Below, piece by piece: positions 57,296 to 64,000 of a stretch of DNA of 64,000 nucleotides. The DNA comes from an uncultured Actinomycetes bacterium (GTDB lineage: Bacteria > Actinomycetota > Coriobacteriia > Anaerosomatales > CAVRZR01), in the NCBI GenBank assembly GCA_963817255.1, contig CAWFNT010000001.1, forward strand, positions 67,456 through 131,455, given 5' to 3'. The notes beneath the pieces were generated by a model. It did not search any database. It was not told where the DNA came from and saw only the letters and a program-made list of their open reading frames with translations. Every line of letters begins with the position of its first letter. Positions within the stretch are counted from its first letter, which is position 1. The translations under genes were made by a program, and so were the position numbers.

Positions 57296-58292
57296 ATGAG
57301 AGTGCTGTTCATCGGGGGCACCGGGTTCATCAGCACGGCGGTCAGCCGGATGGCGATCGCCCAAGGACTTCGAGCTCTACCTGCTCAATCGCGGATCGCG
57401 GCCCGCGCACCTGCCCGGCAGCCACAGCTTGACTGCCGACGTACACCGCCCGGAAGACGTTCGCGCCGCTCTGCAGGACTTGGAGTTCGACGTCGTCGTC
57501 GACTGGATCGCCTTCACGCCGGATGACATCGAGCGCGACGTGGCCCTCTTCCGAGGCCGGGTCGGGCAGTACGTCTTCATCAGCTCGGCCTCGGCGTATC
57601 AGAAGCCACCGGCTCACTATCTCATCACGGAGTCGACGCCGTTGCACAACCCGTACTGGGAGTACGCCCAGCAACAAGATCGCGTGCGAAGAGCGTCTGA
57701 TGCAGGCGTACCGCGATGAGGGCTTTCCGGTGACGATCGTGCGGCCGTCCATGACCTACGACTGGAATCTCCCGATCGCCCTCGGGGGGTGGGGCACCTA
57801 CACGCTGGCCGATCGGCTGACCATGGGGCGGCCGATCATCGTGCACGGGGACGGCTCGTCGCTGTGGGTCGTGACGCATGCGGACGACTTCGCGCGAGGG
57901 TTCCTGGGGCTGCTGGGGAACGAGCGGGCGCTCGGTCAGGCCTTCCACATCACGTCTGACGAGGTGCTGACCTGGAATCAGATCTACCAGACCATCGCCG
58001 AGGCACTGGGTGTCGAGGCGAAGATCGTGCACATCCCGTCTGACTTCATCGCTCGAGTGGCGCCGCAGATGGCCGGGAGTCTGTTCGGCGACAAGACGTG
58101 GAGCGTGGTGTTCGACAACAGCAAGATCAAGTCGTTCGTGCCTGGCTTCGAGGCCACGGTGCCCTTCGCGGGAGGGCATTCGTCGGACGCTGGAATGGTT
58201 CGCAGCCGACGAGAGCCGTCGGCAGCGTCGACGAGGCCGTGCACGCGGAAATGGATCGCATCCTCCGGGCATACGCTGGAGCGTCCGGCTGA
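57296..58292 (+). CDS. NAD-dependent epimerase/dehydratase, frameshifted
   Basis: VLFIGGTGFIS, YVFISSASAY, TIVRPS, HADDFA. Confidence 0.85.
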
Positions 58293-58344
58293 GGGTTGAG
58301 CGGGCCGGTCAGACATTCTGGTCGACGTCCAAAGGAGATGGAAG

Positions 58345-59315
58345 ATGGAGTACCGGGAACTCGGGCGCACGGGAATGGAGAGTCTCGATCGTCGGCCTCG
58401 GCACGTGGGCGATGGGCAGCCAGTGGGGGGCGGTAGACGACCGCGAATCGCTTGCGACGCTCGACCGCGCACTGGATCTCGGCGTCAACTTCTTCGACAC
58501 CGCCGACGTGTACGGCAGCGAGCCGCTGCTCGGCCGGTTGCGTCGGCAGCGAAGCGAGCCGTTCTACGTCGCCACCAAGATGGGCGTGCAACTTCAATCC
58601 CGATCCCAAAGCGTACACGCGCGAGAACATGACGGCTGCTGTCGAGGGCAGTCTGCGCGATCTAGGGACGGAGACGGTCGACCTTATGCAACTGCACGTT
58701 CCGCCGATCGAGGTCTACAACGCCGAGACGTTCGGCATCCTCGACGATCTCGTGGAGCAGGGCAAGATCCGCCACTACGGCGTAAGCGTGGAGCGGATAG
58801 ACCAGGCCCTGAAGGCCATCGAGTTTCCCGGCGTGGCGTCCGTCCAGATCATCTTCAACATCTTCAGACAGCGCCCCGCCGAGGACTTCTTCCCCGAGGC
58901 ACGACGCCGCGGAGTGGGCGTCATCGCGCGCGTGCCTCTCGCATCTGGGCTGCTCACCGGCAAGATGTCGCGCGAGACCGCGTTCGCGCCGGACGATCAC
59001 CGCAACTACAACCGAGAAGGCGAGTCTTTCGATCGCGGGGAGACGTTCTCGGGCGTCGACTTCGAGAGCGGGCTGCAAGCCGTCGACGAACTGCGCCCTC
59101 TGGTTCCGCCGGAAGCCACCATGGCGCAGCTGGCCTTGCGGTGGATCCTGATGTTCGAGGAAGTGACGTGCGCGATAGCGGGAGCCAGGCATCCGGCGCA
59201 GGCCGAGGACAACATCCGCGCCGCCGACGTGCCTCCGCTTTCGGAGTCAACCATGGAGACGATCCGAGCGGTCTACGACCGCCATATTCGCGCGCAGGTG
59301 CACCACTTGTGGTAG
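58345..59315 (+). CDS. Aldo/keto reductase, frameshifted
   Basis: MEYRELGRTG, FFDTADVYG, DLMQLH, RVPLASGLL. Confidence 0.88.
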
Positions 59316-59369
59316 CGCCATTCGAGAACATGCCCCGAGCGCGCATCGGGGGATGAAGGAGGTTCTGCA

Positions 59370-59921
59370 GTGAGCGAGCGCGAGAAGATGCTTGGCGGCG
59401 AGCTCTACGATGCCAGCGACCCCGAACTCGTCGCCACGCGCATTCGTGCGCGGCAACTCACTCGGCGGCTACACATGCTCGACCCGGCCGACGTCGACGC
59501 GCGCTCTCTGTTGCTGCGCGAGCTGCTGGGCGACGTAGGTGCCGACTCGTGGGTCGAGACTCCCTTCTACTGCGACTACGGCACGCAGATCACTCTCGGC
59601 ACTCGAGTCTTCGTCAACTTCGGCTGCGTCTTCTTGGACGCCGCCCCCATCACCCTCGGCGACGACGTGCAACTCGGCCCGTGCGTCCAGTTGTTGACCT
59701 CGGATCATCCACGTGACGCGGCACAGCGGGCAGGCGGGCTCGAATCAGCCCAACCCATATCGATCGGGGCGAGGGCGTGGCTCGGGGGCGGCACGATCGT
59801 GTTGCCGGGGGTCGAGATTGGGCACGACGCGATCGTCGGCGCAGGCAGTGTCGTAACGCGGCCCGTGGAGTCGGGCGTCACTGCGGCCGGGAACCCTTGC
59901 CGGGTCATCAAGGGACGCTGA
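59370..59921 (+). CDS. maa: Sugar (maltose) O-acetyltransferase
   Basis: EREKMLGGELY, PFYCDYG, hexapeptide repeats, GNPCRVI. Confidence 0.88.
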   Translation: MSEREKMLGGELYDASDPELVATRIRARQLTRRLHMLDPADVDARSLLLRELLGDVGADSWVETPFYCDYGTQITLGTRVFVNFGCVFLDAAPITLGDDVQLGPCVQLLTSDHPRDAAQRAGGLESAQPISIGARAWLGGGTIVLPGVEIGHDAIVGAGSVVTRPVESGVTAAGNPCRVIKGR

Positions 59922-59947
59922 GCGAGGCTGCTGAGCGCGCGCTGCCG

Positions 59948-61154
59948 CTATCGCTCGCCCTGGCGTCGCATGCGCGTGATCGATTCGATCGTGACGGCGG
60001 CGATCAGCACCGCGCCGGTCACGATGAACTTCATCGCGGACGAGAAGGCGAGCAGGTTCATCCCGTTGGCGATCGAGCCGATCACGATCGCGCCCAGCAA
60101 GGCCGACCACACGGAGCCGCGCCCGCCGAACAGGCTTGTTCCGGCGATGACCGGGCCCGCGATCGCCATCAGGAGCAGGTCGCTACCGCCCGAGGACTGG
60201 TTCACCGCCAAGAGCCGCGAAGCGGCGAGCACGCCTCCTGCTGCGGCCAGCATCGAGCCGAGCATGAAGACGATGATCCGCACGTGATCGATCTTGATGC
60301 CGGCACGCCGGGCAGCCTCGGCGTTGCCGCCGACCGCGAAGATGTGCCGGCCGAAGCGTGTCCGTTCGGTGAGGTAGGCGAAAGCGAGCGCGAGTGCGAA
60401 GACGATGACAACGACGAGCGGAAGCCCCCGGTCCTGATTGACAACGTAGATCATCGCAACGAACGACACCCCGATTGCGCTCACGCGCAGGATGAGACCC
60501 TGGATCGATCCGACCTCCAGCCCCGCCGCTTTCCGGCTCGCTCGGCCCCAGAGGTTGAAAGCGAGTGTGAGCGCCGATTGCGACAATCGCAATCACCCAG
60601 CCCACGGCGTGCGAGAAGTACGTGTACGTCAGGCCGACGACGAACTTGTCGCTCAGGTTCACCGTTCCCGTCTCGCCAAGCACGTAGAGCTGCAAGCCCA
60701 CCCACGCGAGTGAACCGGCCAGCGTGACGACGAAGGAGGGTATCCGGAAACGCGTGATCATGAACCCGTTGAACAGTCCGATGACCGCGCCGACTGTCAA
60801 AGCGGCGATGACCGCTGCGACGGACGGGACGTGCTTGTTCACGATGAGCACTGCCATGACTGAGGCGCACAGCCCGCTCACCGCTCCGACCGAGAGGTCG
60901 ATCTCGCCGAGCAAGAGGATCAGTACCACGCCGATCGATATCGTCGCCACGGCGGCTTGCTGCAGCATCAGGTTGGTGAGGTTGCCGGGACTCAGGAAAC
61001 GGGGGTTCTGGAATTGGAAGAAGGTCCAGATCACAGCGACCATGATGAGAACCAGGAGCGCGCCTGCTTCACCCTGCGCGAGTTTGCGACCCAGCTCCCG
61101 AATCGCCCCGCCTACGCCATGGGCAGAAGACGTTGTCTTCTGCTCGGCACTCAT
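59948..61154 (-). CDS. Sugar ABC transporter permease (XylH-like), frameshift near 60575
   Basis: GEIDLSVG, IPSFVVTLAG, FAVGGNAEAARRAGI. Confidence 0.88.
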
Positions 61155-61981
61155 GCGTTCCCCGTATGGTTCTCAAGTTCGGCTCCGACGCCGAACTCAG
61201 CTCCCGTGATTGCCGAGACGACTTCCTCGCGGCTGACACCGCGCACGTCGAAGGTGGCCGCTGTGCTGCCCAGGCGGAGTACGACGATGCGATCCGCGAC
61301 GGCGAAGACGTTCTCGAGGTTGTGGCTGATGACCACGACTCCCAGCCCGCGTTCGCGCAGCCTCTTGATGAGAAGGAGCACCTGCTCGGTCTGGGACACA
61401 CCCAGCGCTGCAGTTGGCTCGTCTAGCAAGACGACGCTTGGTTCGCCCAAGAGAGATCGCGCGATCGCCACGGCCTGCCGCTGACCGCCCGAGAGCTCAG
61501 CGACGTGAGCGCGCACATCCTTGATCGTGGTCACAGCTAGTGAATCGAGCAGCTCGAGCGACCTTTGCTCCATGCAGGTCTCGTCGATGAAGAAGGCGGC
61601 TCGCGCCAAGCCCTTGGCGAACTGTTCGCGGCCCAGGTAGAGGTTGGCCACGACATCGAGATTGTCGCTCAGGGCGAGGTCTTGGTAGACAGTCGCGATC
61701 CCGAGCGCCACCGCGTCCTGGGGGCTCGAGATCTTGACCTGCTTGCTCTTGAAGTAGAACGTGCCTTCATCGGCCAACTGCACGCCAGCGATCGCCTTCA
61801 CCAGCGTGGACTTGCCTGCGCCATTGTCACCAACGAGCGCGACTACCTCTCCGGCGCCGACCTCGAAGTCGACGCCGGAGAGGGCCTGATTGGCGCCAAA
61901 CGCTTTGCTCACGCCTTTCAGCGAGAGAAGCGGCGACGCCGCACTCGTCGTCGTGCTCAACGCTTCGAGAGCTGCTGTCAC
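61151..61981 (-). CDS. Sugar ABC transporter ATP-binding protein (single domain)
   Basis: GDNGAGKST, VYQDLAL, LSGGQRQAVAIAR. Confidence 0.92.
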   Translation of the reverse strand: MTAALEALSTTTSAASPLLSLKGVSKAFGANQALSGVDFEVGAGEVVALVGDNGAGKSTLVKAIAGVQLADEGTFYFKSKQVKISSPQDAVALGIATVYQDLALSDNLDVVANLYLGREQFAKGLARAAFFIDETCMEQRSLELLDSLAVTTIKDVRAHVAELSGGQRQAVAIARSLLGEPSVVLLDEPTAALGVSQTEQVLLLIKRLRERGLGVVVISHNLENVFAVADRIVVLRLGSTAATFDVRGVSREEVVSAITGAEFGVGAELENHTGNA

Positions 61982-63102
61982 TTCAACCCTACCGCTGCGC
62001 CTGCCGTCTTGAGTTCAGGGGTGGTCAGTATCTGCTCAGCCGTCCAGAAGCCGTCGGCGACGACCGTTGATGCGATGTTGTCCTTGGTGACGGCAACCGG
62101 CGCCAAGAGCACCGAGTCTACGTCCTTCAGGGTGTTATTCACCTTGGAAAGCGTCAGGTCGGACGGAACTGCCTCGCCCTTGGCGAGGGCGACGGCGAGT
62201 GTCGCAGCCGCCTCGGCCTCGAGCTTGATCGCCTTGTAGATGGTCATGTACTGCTCGCCCAGCAGGATGCGCTGGATGGCAGCAAGCTCGGCGTCCTGGC
62301 CCGTCGTCGGCCTGGTCTTGGGATCGATGCCGGCGCCCTTCATGGCTGCGATGGCGCCGCCACCGGTGCCGTCGTTGGCCGCCAAGACACCCACGAATCC
62401 ATCCTTGCCGAGCTTCGTGATGGCCTGATCCATCTCGGTCTGGGCCTTGTCGGGGCTCCAGTCAGGCGTGTCGTACTCCGCGCCGATCTTCACCTTGCCG
62501 TCCAGGACGCTGTGCGCGCCCTTCTTGAACAACGTGGCGTTGTTGTCGGTGGGAGACCCGTTGATCATCACGATCGTTTTGCCAGCGTTGCCGTCGGTGG
62601 TCAGCTTGTCGAGCAGCGCCTGCCCCTGAAGCGTGCCGACCTTCTCGTTGTCGAACGAGATGTAGTAGTCGAGGTCGGCGTTCATGATCAGACGGTCGTA
62701 GCTGATGACGGGCACATTCTGCTCTTTCGCCTTCTTGACGATCGAAGCCGCCGAGGCCGAGTCGACCGGATCGAGCACCAGCACGTTTGCGCCGTTCGTC
62801 AGCGCCGCGTCAGCCTGAGACTGCTGTAGGGCCGCATCCTGGTTGGCGTTGCTATACAGGATTTCCGCATCGGGGGCGAGTTCCGTGACCTTCGCCTCGA
62901 AGAGCGGCTTGTCCTGAGTCTCGTAGCGAGCCGTCTTTGTCTCCGGGAGCAGAAGTGCGATCTTCAGCGGCGTCGCAGTGGTTCCTCCATTGGTGCCCCC
63001 AGTGCCTCCTCCGCTATTGCTGCTGCAGCCTGCGAGCACTAGAGCGAGACACAGAAGAAGCGCCGTCGCTGCGAACAGTGTCAGTACCTTCTTCACGCGC
63101 AT
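61978..63102 (-). CDS. Sugar ABC substrate-binding lipoprotein (XylF-like)
   Basis: LAGC lipobox; LPETKTARYE, ISYDRL, SFDNEKVG, TGQDAE. Confidence 0.9.
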   Translation of the reverse strand: MRVKKVLTLFAATALLLCLALVLAGCSSNSGGGTGGTNGGTTATPLKIALLLPETKTARYETQDKPLFEAKVTELAPDAEILYSNANQDAALQQSQADAALTNGANVLVLDPVDSASAASIVKKAKEQNVPVISYDRLIMNADLDYYISFDNEKVGTLQGQALLDKLTTDGNAGKTIVMINGSPTDNNATLFKKGAHSVLDGKVKIGAEYDTPDWSPDKAQTEMDQAITKLGKDGFVGVLAANDGTGGGAIAAMKGAGIDPKTRPTTGQDAELAAIQRILLGEQYMTIYKAIKLEAEAAATLAVALAKGEAVPSDLTLSKVNNTLKDVDSVLLAPVAVTKDNIASTVVADGFWTAEQILTTPELKTAGAAVGLK

Positions 63103-63460
63103 GACTACCTCCTAGCATCTGGCATGTCGCGACCCGCACGTCCCGCAGGTCACCTTCCCGACTGAGCCGAATCTATCGCACCGCAACCACCTCGACCTTT
63201 CATCGTGCCCAGCCGGCTGGCGTGCGACCTCGTGCACGCTCCCGGTTGCATGGGCCCATACCCATGCCCATCCGCGGAGCTGCCGCCGTCGGCTCCTCGC
63301 ACGGAGCCGACTCGGTCTGACGACTCACGCCGCGCCCGCGATACTTCCGGCCCACCATCACGACCCACCTGCACCGTAGGGCTGTCGCCGCGTCCTGTCG
63401 GGCCGAAGACCTGACGGCGCCGATTTCATTCGGCCCCGTTCCGGCCCGGCCCTCAATCTA

Positions 63461-63477
63461 TATACCCCTGAGGGGTA
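63461..63477. promoter_or_regulatory. CsoR/RcnR-like palindrome
   Basis: TATACCCCTGAGGGGTA. Confidence 0.4.
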
Positions 63478-63564
63478 GTTGCCCCATCGGGATCGAGCGG
63501 CTGGAGGGACTCAGCGTCGGCGTGTAGACTCTGCCGAATGGATAGCGACTCGAAGGAGCATCGC

Positions 63565-63846
63565 ATGGCAACAGCACAGGCGCGTCACATACTCGTGAGC
63601 ACTGAAGAGCAGTGCAACGATCTCAAGCGGCAGATCGAAGAGGGCGCGGACTTCGCCGAACTCGCGAAGCAGTACTCGTCGTGCCCCTCTGGGCAACGCG
63701 GGGGTGACCTCGGCACCTTCAGGCCTGGTCAGATGGTCAAAGAGTTCAACGACGTTTGCTTCTTTGAGGAGGTCGGCGTCGTGCACGGTCCGGTCCAGAC
63801 GCAGTTCGGCTATCACCTCATCGAGGTCACCAAGCGCGAGGACTAG
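63565..63846 (+). CDS. ppiC: Parvulin-type peptidyl-prolyl isomerase
   Basis: ARHILV, SCPSGQRGGDLG, GPVQTQFGYHLI. Confidence 0.93.
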   Translation: MATAQARHILVSTEEQCNDLKRQIEEGADFAELAKQYSSCPSGQRGGDLGTFRPGQMVKEFNDVCFFEEVGVVHGPVQTQFGYHLIEVTKRED

Positions 63847-63957
63847 TGCTGTTCTTCGGGGCGCCGGCTCCACCGCCTCATCGGGTACCAACCCGATGAG
63901 ACTGCTTCCCGTCGTCTGAGGCGGCGGGCCTCGGTGGCGGGCTCGAGGAGGCGACCG

Positions 63958-64000
63958 ATGGAACCTCGCAAGATGGCAATGCTCGGCAGCGGGAGGGTCG
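63958..64000 (+). CDS. Start of a probable Rossmann-fold oxidoreductase (truncated by the window edge)
   Basis: GGAGG RBS; MEPRKMAMLGSGRV. Confidence 0.45.
   Translation, partial: MEPRKMAMLGSGRV

Overview
High-GC actinobacterial chromosomal DNA, most likely Coriobacteriia (inferred from gene style only). Single-base indels break many conserved genes (typA, carB, phoR-like kinase, ROK kinase, ABC permease), which points to an unpolished long-read assembly rather than true pseudogenes. Bases ~260-3750 form an accessory array: five copies of a tRNA 3'-end (core TCCACTATGGCCCACCA) separate short 1-2 gene units, two flanking-arm types alternate, and no integrase is visible. This is the most striking unexplained structure. 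Next come a PadR/sensor/toast-rack operon, pstSCAB with a divergent PhoB/PhoR-like pair and PHO-box-like repeats, typA, and two parallel TetR-flavodoxin modules with clear operators. The window also holds arsM with a Cys-rich AbrB/HgcC-like partner, a DUF2089 operon, a ~4.7-kb FG-GAP/Ig-like surface-protein gene, an orphan carB-hisF pair, an HTH-fused NRAMP transporter, mscL, vapBC plus an AAA/DUF4143 ATPase, purB, a xylose-type ABC transporter and ppiC. No rRNA, intact tRNA, CRISPR array or transposase was seen.
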